Shown here in pieces: positions 41,256 through 53,560 of a stretch of DNA of 64,000 bases (within the stretch, counting starts at the first letter, position 1; every line of letters begins with the position of its first letter). A model generated the notes under the pieces. The model was not told where the DNA came from. It searched no databases and saw only the letters and a list, made by a program, of their open reading frames with translations. The DNA is from Dehalococcoidia bacterium (GTDB lineage Bacteria > Chloroflexota > Dehalococcoidia > Lucifugimonadales > JADFKI01). The DNA is taken from assembly GCA_965214635.1 (NCBI GenBank), contig OZ243964.1, forward strand, positions 1,939,696-2,003,695. The letters are read 5' to 3'. The position numbers and the translations under genes are program-made.

Positions 41256-41902
41256 AGCGTATCGTCCACCAGCGCCAGCGTAAGCAGTGCGTTCAGCGTG
41301 GCTGCCGCAGCGCTGCTTCCGCCGCGATTGCCAAGTATGGTGATGTGCGGCGTGTGCCGTAGGGTGAGTTCGTGCTTGGATTCGGCGCAGGCGACGAAGC
41401 CGACCGGCATCCCGATTATGAGTGCGGGCGCTGTGTTGCCGGCGTCCACGATGTCGAGCAGCGCAAGCAATGCGGTTGGGGCATTGCCTACGGCTACCAC
41501 CGCATCGTTCAGCTGCGGGGCGAGTTCGCGTATGGCGGCGGCGGAGCGGGTGATGCCTTCCCGCTTGGCGCGCTCGGCTGCGCTCGGTGCGTCGATCATC
41601 GTGGCGATGGAGTTGCCCGCGCGCCTCAGCAGCGCCTTGGAAGTGCCAACTTCTACCATGCGCACATCCGCAATGATGCCCGCCCCGCTGCGCAGCGCCG
41701 CAACCCCCGCATCCACGCTGTTTGGGCTAAAGCGCACGGCGTCCACGATAGCGGGTTCGCCCTCTGCGCGCACGATGCGGCGCAGCACATATCGCTCGTG
41801 CGGCGTCAACTGCGGCGTGGCAGGCATCGCCGCCTCCACCATATCCAAGCTCCGCCGCTCGATTTCGTTCGGCGTCAGCCCATACTTCTGCAATAGCGTC
41901 AA
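41252..41902 (-). CDS. cobH: precorrin-8X methylmutase
   Basis: 216 aa. LTPNEIERRSLDMVE..RIVRAEGEP..VVAVGNAPTALLALL..IIGMPVGFV are CobH/CbiC blocks. TTG start. Confidence 0.88.
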   Translation of the reverse strand: MTLLQKYGLTPNEIERRSLDMVEAAMPATPQLTPHERYVLRRIVRAEGEPAIVDAVRFSPNSVDAGVAALRSGAGIIADVRMVEVGTSKALLRRAGNSIATMIDAPSAAERAKREGITRSAAAIRELAPQLNDAVVAVGNAPTALLALLDIVDAGNTAPALIIGMPVGFVACAESKHELTLRHTPHITILGNRGGSSAAAATLNALLTLALVDDTL

Positions 41903-42239
41903 AACCCGTCCGCCTCTTGGCTCTCTGTGTGTGTTTTGTGCGGCGTTCTCTGTTTACCCGCTGCCTAATCCCAATTCCATTAGCAGGGTGTTCACGGATT
42001 GGGCAAAACAGCCCGATTTCGCTGATGCGCCGCCGTTACATGGATGAGGCTGCACCTGCCCGATACATCATAATGCCTAGACGCCGATAACACAAAGATG
42101 TTGGGTTTTCAGCCCATCAGTCGCTTATTCTGTTGATCAAAGTTAATCAAATGTCGCCTTTTCTGGTTCTAGTTGTCATTTCCAGAGTGCGCGCATAGGC
42201 GGGAACTTGTATAATATAAGCGCTGCGCACGCTGGGCTT

Positions 42240-42324
42240 GGGGAAGTGTCGGAATTGGCAGACGAGCATGACTTAGGATCATGTGCCGCAAGGCGTGGGA
42301 GTTCGAGTCTCCCCTTCCCCACCA
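42240..42324 (+). tRNA. tRNA-Leu (anticodon UAG), class II with long variable arm, CCA encoded
   Basis: Acceptor GGGGAAG/CTTCCCC. Anticodon stem CATGA/TCATG with loop CTTAGGA. T-arm GGGAG-TTCGAGT-CTCCC. Discriminator A plus CCA. Confidence 0.9.
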
Positions 42325-42517
42325 ACCTGTACGATCTATACAAAACGCGGATATTCCAGCCGCTGTTTGGGTGGGCGATATGCTCGCAGCGCTGGATGCG
42401 ACGGCGCTGCGCATGTGGAGAATGTTCGGCTGATGGCTGCTAGCGTGCTTGCCGCATTCCCTGTCTGTCTGCTATTCTTGGATATGTATCTTTCAGCAGG
42501 CGCTTATGCGTCGGCGT

Positions 42518-42590
42518 GGGGCTGTAGCTCATCTGGGAGAGCGCTTCAATGGCATTGAAGAGGTAGGGGGTTCGAGTCCCCCCAGCTCCA
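42518..42590 (+). tRNA. tRNA-Ala (anticodon GGC)
   Basis: Acceptor GGGGCTG/CAGCTCC with the G3:U70 Ala identity pair. Anticodon stem CTTCA/TGAAG with loop ATGGCAT. T-arm GGGGG-TTCGAGT-CCCCC. CCA not encoded. Confidence 0.9.
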
Positions 42591-42706
42591 CATTTTCTGA
42601 CCGTATTTGCAGATCATTCTTGACACAGGCTATGTTCCGCTAGGTTTGGCGTTTGGGGTTTTTCGTGCCAATTCAGCGGCGTAAAATGCAGATTGGGATT
42701 ACCGCA

Positions 42707-43168
42707 ATGCCCCGCAAGACAGCCAAGAAGCCACAGCAGCCCGCAATGTCGTCTGACGGGAAGCCCGTTGTGCTCCTGTCCGGGGGCAACCCACAGATAG
42801 CGAAAGCCGACGGCGATGCGCCCGTGCAGGCATACATCGCCGCAATGCCGGGCTGGAAGAGCGATGTTGGGCGTCGCCTCGATGCGCTCATCGTGAGCAA
42901 TGTGCCCGATGTGCGCAAGGCAGTGCGATGGAACTCGCCCTTCTACGGCATCGAGGGACAGGGGTGGTTTCTGAGCTACCATGTCTTCACGCGCTATGTG
43001 AAGGTAACTTTCCTTCAAGGCGCATCGCTGGAACCCGTTCCGCCCGGCTCGGGCAAGGACAAGGACTCCCGCTGGGTGGACATCTACGAGGACGCTCTCG
43101 ATGAAGAGCAGGTGGCGGAGTGGGTGCGTCAGGCGGCGGCTATTCCCGGCTGGGACGGCTTCCGATGA
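42707..43168 (+). CDS. DUF1801 (YdhG-like) domain protein
   Basis: 153 aa from MPRKTAKK. VQAYIAAMPGWKSDVGRRLDALI..VRWNSPFYG..YVKVTFLQGASL matches my recollection of DUF1801. Confidence 0.6.
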   Translation: MPRKTAKKPQQPAMSSDGKPVVLLSGGNPQIAKADGDAPVQAYIAAMPGWKSDVGRRLDALIVSNVPDVRKAVRWNSPFYGIEGQGWFLSYHVFTRYVKVTFLQGASLEPVPPGSGKDKDSRWVDIYEDALDEEQVAEWVRQAAAIPGWDGFR

Positions 43169-43278
43169 TGTGAAGACCTGCGCTCGGTTCGCAGATGCGT
43201 GTGGGTATGTGTACTGGGGCTAGGCTCTGACCCCGCACGAGTACGCACTTTGGCTCTGCCATTTTCGACCCTCGACTT

Positions 43279-43308
43279 ATCCGCACTCTTCGCCGTGTGC
43301 GGATTTTT
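43279..43308 (+). terminator. rho-independent terminator after the DUF1801 gene
   Basis: ATCCGCAC (43279-43286) / GTGCGGAT (43297-43304), followed by TTTT. Confidence 0.7.
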
Positions 43309-43407
43309 CGTATGTGTTATATTTGCAGGGATGCTGCAGCGTTTGCGAGCCGCTCGCAAATCACACGCCGTTTTCGCATCGTTTTGCGCTTATCAGGGAG
43401 GAACAAG

Positions 43408-45210
43408 ATGTCCAACAACTTCACAACTCGGCCCGTGGTGATGAGCAGGCGGGGTGTGGTTACATCCGGGCATTATCTAGTGTCTTCCGCTGGCTTGCAG
43501 ATGCTGATGCGCGGCGGGAACGCCATAGATGCGGCGGCGGCGATGGGCATTTGCGAGACGCTGCTCGAGCCGCAGAGCTGCGGTATCGGCGGCGAAGTCC
43601 CAACGCTCATATACACGGCGAAGGAGCGCAAGACCTACGCCGTGTCGGGCATGGGCTGGTCGGCGAAGGCGTTCACTGGGGACTGGTGCAGGGAGCACGG
43701 GATAGACCTCATCCCCGGCGACGGCTACCTGCCGGCGTGCGTTCCCGCTGTGGTTGGCACATGGACGACCGCGCTCGCTCGATTTGGCACGATGAGCTTC
43801 GCAGAGGTCTTGCAGCCCACCATCGATCTAGCCGAAAATGGCTTTCCTGCATATGACAGCCTGCGCGACCGCCTCTCCGCCGACTATGCCAAGTACACCG
43901 AGCTTTATCCCACGACGGGCGCAATCTACTATGCGAACGGCGGCGTGCCGCAGACCGGCGAACTCATTCGCAACCCCGACTTCGCCGCTATGCTGCGGAC
44001 GATGTGCAAAGCCGAAAAGCGCGCTTCCGGCAAGGGGCGCATCGCTGGCATCGAGGCGGCGCGCGATGCGTTCTATGAGGGCGAAATCGCAGAGAAGATA
44101 TTGCGCTTCATCACCGATAACCCGGTCGAGGACGCAAGCGGCATGGCGCACACCGGCTTGCTCTCATACGAAGACTTCGCCGAGTGGAACGCCGAGCTAG
44201 AGGCGCCGGCAACTTTGGAATATGAGGGCTTGTCGGTTCACAAGTGTTCGACTTGGACGCAGGGGCCCACATTCTTGCAGCACCTCGCCATACTGCGGAC
44301 GATGGACTTGCCTGCGCTCGGGCATAACAGCGCCGACTACCTGCACGCATGGATAGAGGCGGCGAAGCTAGCGTTTGCGGACCGCGAGGCATACTACGGC
44401 GACCCGGCGTTTGACGATGTGCCGCTCGATACGCTGCTGTCCGACGAGTATGCGCGGACGCGGGCGGCGCAGATAGAAGCGTCGGCGTCGGCAGATCTGC
44501 GTCCGGGCGATGCGGGCTGCGGCGTCCCCGCCTACACGCAGGTGAGCGTGGCTGATGACAACCGCGCGGCGCTCGGCATCAGCGCGCGCGAGGTGCGCGA
44601 CCTTGGCATCGGGCACGCCCACATCGGCGACACAACGCACTTGGACGCGATGGATGCGGAGGGGAACATGGTCGCCGCAACGCCGAGCGGCGGATGGCTC
44701 GGCACATCGCCGGTCATAGACGGGCTTGGCTTCCCGCTCGGCACGCGTGGGCAGATGTTCTACCTGAACCCCGACCGACCCAACGCCTTGCAGCCGCGCA
44801 AGCGCCCCCGTGCCACACTGACGCCAACGCTGGTGAGCAAGGGCGATGCGCCATTCATGGCGTTCGGCACACCGGGCGGCGATTCACAAGAGCAATGGAC
44901 GCTGCAGTTCTTCCTGAACCACATAGACTTCGGGATGAACCTGCAAGAGGCGCTGGACGCCCCCACGCTGTACTCGGTTCACTTCCCATCGTCGTTCTAC
45001 CCGCGCCAATCGTTCCCGAAGCGGGTCATAGCGGAGGGGCGCATCGGCGACGCCACGCTGGATGAGCTTCGCAGGCGGGGGCACGAGATAGAACTCACCG
45101 GAGATTGGGACAACGGCAAGGTGATGGGCATCCGCTGGCACGCAGACAAGGGCGTCATCGCCGGCGCCGCATCCGCCAAGAACACGATAGGGTATGCGAT
45201 GGCGCTGTGA
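43408..45210 (+). CDS. gamma-glutamyltransferase family protein
   Basis: 600 aa from MSNNF (GGGAGG RBS). GNAIDAAAAMG and the autoprocessing site GDTTHLDAMD (nucleophile Thr). GTPGGDSQ near the C-terminus. Confidence 0.9.
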   Translation: MSNNFTTRPVVMSRRGVVTSGHYLVSSAGLQMLMRGGNAIDAAAAMGICETLLEPQSCGIGGEVPTLIYTAKERKTYAVSGMGWSAKAFTGDWCREHGIDLIPGDGYLPACVPAVVGTWTTALARFGTMSFAEVLQPTIDLAENGFPAYDSLRDRLSADYAKYTELYPTTGAIYYANGGVPQTGELIRNPDFAAMLRTMCKAEKRASGKGRIAGIEAARDAFYEGEIAEKILRFITDNPVEDASGMAHTGLLSYEDFAEWNAELEAPATLEYEGLSVHKCSTWTQGPTFLQHLAILRTMDLPALGHNSADYLHAWIEAAKLAFADREAYYGDPAFDDVPLDTLLSDEYARTRAAQIEASASADLRPGDAGCGVPAYTQVSVADDNRAALGISAREVRDLGIGHAHIGDTTHLDAMDAEGNMVAATPSGGWLGTSPVIDGLGFPLGTRGQMFYLNPDRPNALQPRKRPRATLTPTLVSKGDAPFMAFGTPGGDSQEQWTLQFFLNHIDFGMNLQEALDAPTLYSVHFPSSFYPRQSFPKRVIAEGRIGDATLDELRRRGHEIELTGDWDNGKVMGIRWHADKGVIAGAASAKNTIGYAMAL

Positions 45211-45218
45211 TGCGTAAG

Positions 45219-45285
45219 TCGGTCAGCAGCCAAGCCGGGCTATTTCGCCAAGCGCTTGACCCCAAAAGCGCTGGCTGCTGACCGA
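45219..45285. terminator. nested inverted repeat between convergent ggt-like and RDD genes
   Basis: TCGGTCAGCAGCCA (45219-45232) is perfectly complementary to TGGCTGCTGACCGA (45272-45285). An inner AAGCGCT-type hairpin lies between the arms. No U-run. Confidence 0.45.
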
Positions 45286-45307
45286 TTAGTTCCGACTGCA
45301 ACCCGGG

Positions 45308-45757
45308 TCAGCGCTTTATCACCCTAGTGTCGCATATTCGGTCGTGCAGTCCGCGTTTCTCATCGGACAATCCGATCATAATGTGGCCTATGCACAGTAT
45401 TAGATATGACAACTGTCCTGCAAAATACCGTGCAAATGCCCGACCTAAGCCTAGCCTAGAGCCGTCTGTTCTCTGAACATACAGCTTGAGTATTCGTTTG
45501 CCCACCGTGGTTGAGAATAGCCACACCGAAATGACTTCGTAGAGTGCTGCTACGATAATGACGCCCCAATTTAGAACCGCGCTTTCGGTGTCAAGTGAAT
45601 ACCCAGGGATGATGGCAATGACAATAGATATTGCTGAAGTGAGAATCGCAATGTCTATCAGTTTTGCTAGAAGCCTAATCCAGAATCCGCCGAAATTTAC
45701 TGTGTCCACGCTTGTTTGGTCTGGTTGATCTTCGAATCGGTACGGCGGTATGTTCAT
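45308..45757 (-). CDS. RDD-family membrane protein
   Basis: 149 aa. GGFWIRLLAKLIDIAIL.., 3 TM segments, C-terminal RGLHDRICDTRVI. Visibly lower GC than its neighbours. Confidence 0.7.
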   Translation of the reverse strand: MNIPPYRFEDQPDQTSVDTVNFGGFWIRLLAKLIDIAILTSAISIVIAIIPGYSLDTESAVLNWGVIIVAALYEVISVWLFSTTVGKRILKLYVQRTDGSRLGLGRAFARYFAGQLSYLILCIGHIMIGLSDEKRGLHDRICDTRVIKR

Positions 45758-45913
45758 TCGTTCTATCCCCCTTCTGATAATGGCTGCTGCCCCATTGTAC
45801 GACTATATCATCTGCATGGAAAGGCTGCCGATTCCCGGATGCGATGTTGGGGCTGCGCTCTGTGTGTGGGTAAGCCGAACGACAGGGAAGGCTGATGCGG
45901 GCGCTGATTAGCC

Positions 45914-46321
45914 TCAGCACTCGCCTAGCACATGTATCACCTCGCCAGTCATCTCGTACAGGCGCCACTTGTTGTTGGTCAGAGGGTCGTCCACGGTCCA
46001 CTCCATATTGCCGCGCTCGTGGTGGTCGTTGGTTACGGGTGCGCTCATGAAGGTCGCCTCAAACGGCGGCGATGATGCAAGGTATCGCTGTGCGTCGCTG
46101 CAGTCGGACAGGATGAACTGGCGTACCGCCTCTATCGCCTCGCCGCGCGTCATCGTGGGTGCGCGGGCGGTGGCTGCGGCGTCGCGCGTCTCTTTCGACA
46201 CCGCTATCTGACGCTCCAACCCCGGCACGCGCACACCGCTGCCTACGAGCACTAGCAGGACGGAGACGCCAATCACCAGCAGCCACAGCAGTGGCGTTTT
46301 CAGCGCAATGAGTTTATCCAC
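45914..46321 (-). CDS. hypothetical membrane-anchored protein
   Basis: 135 aa. GTG start 18 nt after the permease stop. N-terminal TM LLWLLVIGVSVLLVLV. I recognise no family. Confidence 0.45.
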   Translation of the reverse strand: MDKLIALKTPLLWLLVIGVSVLLVLVGSGVRVPGLERQIAVSKETRDAAATARAPTMTRGEAIEAVRQFILSDCSDAQRYLASSPPFEATFMSAPVTNDHHERGNMEWTVDDPLTNNKWRLYEMTGEVIHVLGEC

Positions 46322-46339
46322 CAGACACCCGCCGCGCTG

Positions 46340-47320
46340 TTATATCTGCCGCAGGCGCGGGTCCCAGCGGTCGCGCAGCCAGTCGCCGATGAAGTTGAAC
46401 GACAGCACCGTCAGGAATATCGCCATTCCCGGGAAGAACGCTATCCACCACGCCGAGCCGAGGAACTCCCTGCCGTTGGAGATGTCTGCGCCCCAAGAGG
46501 GTGTGGGCGGCGGCACTCCCGCGCCGAGGAAGGACAGGATGCTCTCGGACAGGATGGTGCTGCCCACCTGCAATGTGGTCGCCACAACGACGGTGTTGGC
46601 GACTGCGGGAAGCAGATGTTTCGACATGATGCGCGGCGTGGATGCGCCGGCGACGCGTGCCAAGTTGATGTAGTCGAAGTTGCGCACCTGCAATGTCTGC
46701 CCGCGCACGAGGCGCGCTATGCCCGCCCATGCGCCCACCGCAAGCACGAACGCCACCACTGCGAAGCTTTGCCCCAGCACGAACACCAGCGCAATCGCCA
46801 ACAGCAGATACGGGATGGCGTTGAACACATCCACGATGCGCATGATTATCTCGTCCACCATGCCGCCGTAGTAGCCGGCGACAAGCCCGACGGTCGTGCC
46901 GAATATGGTGCCGACGGCGATTGCCACCGCCGCAAGGCTGAGCGACAGGCGTGCGCCGTACACGATGCGGCTGACGAGGTCGCGCCCCAGCTGGTCTGCG
47001 CCTAGGAAGAAGAAGTACACCTCTTGGTCACGCCCCAGCGGGACGCCGTTTATGTTGCAAGACTCGAAGGTGTTCGGTATCTGCCCCTCTTCGCACGGCG
47101 GATACCACGACGGCGAGCCGAGCACGGCGCGCAGCTGGTCTTCCTCCGGCGGGTAGGGCGCTATCCACGGGGCGAAGAGAGCGCATATCACCAGCACGGC
47201 AAGGATGGCTATGGGGATAATCGGCCAACGGCGAAACACATAGAAAGTGCGGGAAAGGAATGTGTCGCGTGTGCTTGATTCGATGTCGGAGAGGTTTAGC
47301 CGTGCTGCCGGTGTTGTCAA
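46340..47320 (-). CDS. ABC transporter permease (DppC/OppC type)
   Basis: 326 aa. Binding-protein-dependent transport signature region, 6 TM segments. TTG start. Confidence 0.9.
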   Translation of the reverse strand: MTTPAARLNLSDIESSTRDTFLSRTFYVFRRWPIIPIAILAVLVICALFAPWIAPYPPEEDQLRAVLGSPSWYPPCEEGQIPNTFESCNINGVPLGRDQEVYFFFLGADQLGRDLVSRIVYGARLSLSLAAVAIAVGTIFGTTVGLVAGYYGGMVDEIIMRIVDVFNAIPYLLLAIALVFVLGQSFAVVAFVLAVGAWAGIARLVRGQTLQVRNFDYINLARVAGASTPRIMSKHLLPAVANTVVVATTLQVGSTILSESILSFLGAGVPPPTPSWGADISNGREFLGSAWWIAFFPGMAIFLTVLSFNFIGDWLRDRWDPRLRQI

Positions 47321-47332
47321 TCTATGTGCCTT

Positions 47333-48280
47333 TTACGAATATCGGATGCGCGGGTCTATCAGGGCGTAGATGATGTCTATGAGGAAGATGGCGAACACAT
47401 AGACTACGGTGAATGCCAGCACAGCTCCGGTCATTATGGGGAAGTCGTTGTTGATTATGGCGGTGTAGGTCATTCTGCCCAAGCCGGGCCATGCGAAGAC
47501 GGTCTCGGTTACCACCGTGCCGCCGATGAAGCCCACAAGTATCAGCCCGGAGAATGTTAGCGGCGGGATGAGGGCGTTCTTGAACGCATGCTTCCAGATG
47601 ATTGTGGTAGAGCCTACGCCCTTGGCGCGCGCCAGCTTCACGAACTCCGAGTCCAGCACCTCCAGCATCGACGAGCGCACCAGCCGCATCAAGCCGGCGG
47701 ATGCCAGCCAGCCGAGCGTTATCGCCGGCATTACATAGTAGGTTGCGCGATCTATGAAGCCGGTGGCGTCGTGCCCGCGCGTGCCCGGTGGCAGCCAGCC
47801 GAGCGTAACGGCGAATATCAGTATCAGCATGATGCCCAGCCAGAATGGGGGCAGCGCTTGTCCGAACACCGCAAAGGTTCTGCCTATCACATCCCAAATC
47901 GTGCCGCGCTTGACGGCGGACAGCATACCCAGCGGGATGCCCGTTATCAGCACGAACAGCGTTGCGGACAGCCCGAGTTGCAGGCTTGCGGGCGCAAAGT
48001 CCACGACCTCCTCGAAGACGGGCTTGCCGGTCTTGAGCGATGTGCCGAAGTCGCCCTGAAACACGCCCTTGCCTATCCAAATGAGGTATTGCACCGGCAC
48101 AGGCTTGTCGAGGTGGAACTCCTTGCCCCAAGCCTCCCACTGCTCCGGTGATACATAGCCCACATTCAGCAGCACATTGCGCGGGTCGCCCTGAAAGCGA
48201 GACAGCGCAAACACTATCATCGTGGCAGCGAGGACTGCCAGTATCAGAAATAAGAAGCGCCGGATAATGAAAGTTTTCAT
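47333..48280 (-). CDS. ABC transporter permease (DppB/OppB type)
   Basis: MKTFIIRRFLFLILAVL.., and EFVKLARAKGV, typical of DppB/OppB. Confidence 0.9.
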   Translation of the reverse strand: MKTFIIRRFLFLILAVLAATMIVFALSRFQGDPRNVLLNVGYVSPEQWEAWGKEFHLDKPVPVQYLIWIGKGVFQGDFGTSLKTGKPVFEEVVDFAPASLQLGLSATLFVLITGIPLGMLSAVKRGTIWDVIGRTFAVFGQALPPFWLGIMLILIFAVTLGWLPPGTRGHDATGFIDRATYYVMPAITLGWLASAGLMRLVRSSMLEVLDSEFVKLARAKGVGSTTIIWKHAFKNALIPPLTFSGLILVGFIGGTVVTETVFAWPGLGRMTYTAIINNDFPIMTGAVLAFTVVYVFAIFLIDIIYALIDPRIRYS

Positions 48281-48361
48281 ATTATATTACTGCTATAGCG
48301 CCCCGACATAGGGGGATACGCCGGGACGCTTATGCTCTCTGTTGCTCTGCTGTTTAGCAGG

Positions 48362-50587
48362 CTATTTCTTTGCGGGAACGACCGTCTCGAACGAGTTCAC
48401 GAGTTCGTAGGGAGCGAGGTCCCATCTTTCCACGGTTTCGGGGTTGAAGCCGATGAGCACCGGTACTTCCACCACGCCGCCGGAGAGTGTCATGTCGTGC
48501 GCCCAGTCGAGGATGCGCTCGCGGGACTGCAGGTTATCGGGCGATGCCTTCTTCTGCACGCGGGTTTCGTTGCGGTTGTCCCACCAGCGGTTGTCTTCTA
48601 TGCCGGGGTTCCAGCCGCCTGCGGGCAGGGGCCATAGTCCGCCGCCGGGCAGCGTGCCGCCGCCTTCACCGAGCCTGCCGTGCTTGCTAGTCGGCCCCCA
48701 GCGCGTCATCCACGGCACATGTATCTCGCGGCCTAGCATCGTTGGGCGGCGCGATGAGTACTGCGTGCTGTCGATGAACGGGTCAAGCCCGAGGTTCTCT
48801 TTCCACTGCCCCACTGCCGCTTCACAGACGGCGAGGGATGTGCCGTTACCCTGCGAGCAGAAGAACTCGAACTCGAAGCCGGGTTCAACGCCGGATTCGG
48901 CGAGGAACTGCTGTGCCAGCTCGGGGTTGAAGGTGTAGTTCCACTTGTCTTTGTATTCGGGGTGGGTCTGGTGCAGGGTTTGGCCGGGGAATGCACCGCC
49001 ATAGACAGCGCCGCCGTAGCCGCCGGTAACCTGCGCCGCAATCAGCTCGCGGTCGATGGCGTACACCAGCGCCTTGCGGAACGCCTTGGCGCTCTGCATG
49101 CTGGGCGTGTCATAGGAGAAGCGGTCGGTGTCGGTGTAGTCGAAGCCCACCGAGTCGGCGGTGAAGTTGGAGTCGAATCCGTCGAACTCGAACTGGAAGT
49201 TTGCGACTTCACAGCCTGCGCCCGGCGTGTCCTGAATAGACGGGTCAGTGCGGTCGATGCCCACGCATTCTAGGCGGGGGTCGCCGATCCATGGGTACTT
49301 GGCGGTGGGGATGAAGCCCTTGCGCATGACTGGATTGCCGGAGAGGTCTTCCTCGCCGAGCGTAGAGCCGTCGGGGTACTTGAACGCCCACAGGTTGCCG
49401 GAGAAGTAGAAGAAGTTGCCGTTGATGGCGTCCAAGCCCTCGTGGAACTGGTAGCCATCCTGTTCGAGCCGACCGACATCTTGGATAGCGGCCATGGCGA
49501 TGTCGGCTGCTCCGGTTTGCAGCATAGCGGTGCGCTGCTGCGCCTCGTTCGCCTGAACGAACACGAGGGTTTGGAAGCCTGCGTTGCGCTTCCAGTGGTC
49601 TACGCGCGCCTCGGATGTGATGCGCTCGGCGGGCAGCCACTCGCGCACTACGAAGGGGCCGCTGCCATGCGGGACTTGGAAGGTGTCGCCCAGCTCGTCA
49701 AAGAGCTGCTTGGACTGCATCCAGATGGCGTCTTGGCAGATGGACGACGCGTCCTGCAAGCCGTCGGAGCGGAATGCGCGGTTCTCGGCGACCGCAACAT
49801 AGTCGCTTTCAACGCTCCAGGGCTTGTAGTACTCATACGCCTGCGAGGAGTTGGAGTGCGCCGAGTTGGTGTCCTCGGAGCCGGCGTCGTTGAACGACCA
49901 CGCCACATCCTTGGCGGTGAGCGGCCCTACCTTGACCATCGAGTCGCCCTCGAAGCGGTAGAAGTCGATGCCCTCGCGCACGAAGACGCGGATGAGGCCT
50001 TGGTCGCCGCCAGTCTTGATGAGTTCGGTGTCCACCACATCCTCATACGCCTGACCGTCTTCGGTTTCCAGCGACTTGCCGCCGAGTGTAACTGTGCTGC
50101 CATCCTTGCCGGGCAGTTCCCATTCCCAGCCGAGCGCCACATAAGGGGCGTGGCAGGCTTCGCCGGTAGAACGGATGGGGTTGCCAACGTCGTCGAAAGT
50201 GGGTTCCCAGCCGAGCAGCGGCTCTTGGAAGCCGAAGAAGCCGTGGAACAGCACATCGGGCCATGTGCCCTTCACATTGCGGAACTGCGGTGTTCCCACA
50301 TTGTCTAGCACTACGGTAATGGTAACCGCTTCCTGCATCATCTGGTCGGCGGGTGCCGGCGCGGGCGCTGCTGTTGCTGCGGGCTGCGCTGCGGGAGCCT
50401 GCGCCGCGGGTGCTGCCGTTGCTGCGGGCTGTGCCGCGGGAGCAGAGGGTGCGGTGGCTTGAGCCGCCGCTGGCTGTGCTCCGCTCGTGCTTGGCGCAGC
50501 GGTCTCTTCTGCCGCACCGCCGCAAGCCGCGACGGCAATTGCTGCGAGCGCAACTAAACTCAAAAGCCAAAAGGCTTTGCTTTTCAT
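48362..50587 (-). CDS. ABC transporter substrate-binding lipoprotein (family 5, peptide/nickel type)
   Basis: Signal peptide plus lipobox (..IAVAAC-GG). About 70-aa Ala/Pro/Gln-rich linker (AQPAATAAPAAQAPAAQPAATAAP), then a large SBP_bac_5-like body. Confidence 0.88.
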   Translation of the reverse strand: MKSKAFWLLSLVALAAIAVAACGGAAEETAAPSTSGAQPAAAQATAPSAPAAQPAATAAPAAQAPAAQPAATAAPAPAPADQMMQEAVTITVVLDNVGTPQFRNVKGTWPDVLFHGFFGFQEPLLGWEPTFDDVGNPIRSTGEACHAPYVALGWEWELPGKDGSTVTLGGKSLETEDGQAYEDVVDTELIKTGGDQGLIRVFVREGIDFYRFEGDSMVKVGPLTAKDVAWSFNDAGSEDTNSAHSNSSQAYEYYKPWSVESDYVAVAENRAFRSDGLQDASSICQDAIWMQSKQLFDELGDTFQVPHGSGPFVVREWLPAERITSEARVDHWKRNAGFQTLVFVQANEAQQRTAMLQTGAADIAMAAIQDVGRLEQDGYQFHEGLDAINGNFFYFSGNLWAFKYPDGSTLGEEDLSGNPVMRKGFIPTAKYPWIGDPRLECVGIDRTDPSIQDTPGAGCEVANFQFEFDGFDSNFTADSVGFDYTDTDRFSYDTPSMQSAKAFRKALVYAIDRELIAAQVTGGYGGAVYGGAFPGQTLHQTHPEYKDKWNYTFNPELAQQFLAESGVEPGFEFEFFCSQGNGTSLAVCEAAVGQWKENLGLDPFIDSTQYSSRRPTMLGREIHVPWMTRWGPTSKHGRLGEGGGTLPGGGLWPLPAGGWNPGIEDNRWWDNRNETRVQKKASPDNLQSRERILDWAHDMTLSGGVVEVPVLIGFNPETVERWDLAPYELVNSFETVVPAKK

Positions 50588-50824
50588 AGTTCGTCATTCC
50601 TCCTGCGTGAACTACATCTATTCCAATATGCCAAAAGGCATTTTAAAAATCCTATCACTCACGAATATAAACCGCAAGTAAATACATAAATAATAGAATT
50701 AAATCGGGGATGTGGCGCTGGCGCAAGATGGTAGAAGGCGTTCAGCGCGGCTAGGCGTGCTTTTCCCAGCGTGCTGAACTGCGCCAACAGGGTTGGTATG
50801 ACGGCGAGGGAGTGTTCTGCGCGC

Positions 50825-53371
<2,547 letters not shown>

Positions 53372-53560
53372 GAGCCAATCGCTGGTTGCTGGTAAGCAGT
53401 AGAAGTCCGTCTGCCTTGTGATTATAGCAAGTTAGCCGCTGGTTATCAGTTGTCAGCCGGGCAAGGCAATTGCAGCGTCAAAGCCCTGCCTTTGGATCGG
53501 GTGTGGTACAACTCCATATCGAGAAAGACCGAAGAGAAAGCAGAACAGGCGTCAAAAAGC

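Noticed and set aside
41903-42200. Cobalamin riboswitch upstream of cobH.
   Set aside because: Only a partial B12-box-like string (GAGGCTGCACCTGCC) is present. It is on the plus strand, which is the wrong strand for the minus-strand cobH. The other conserved elements were not seen.
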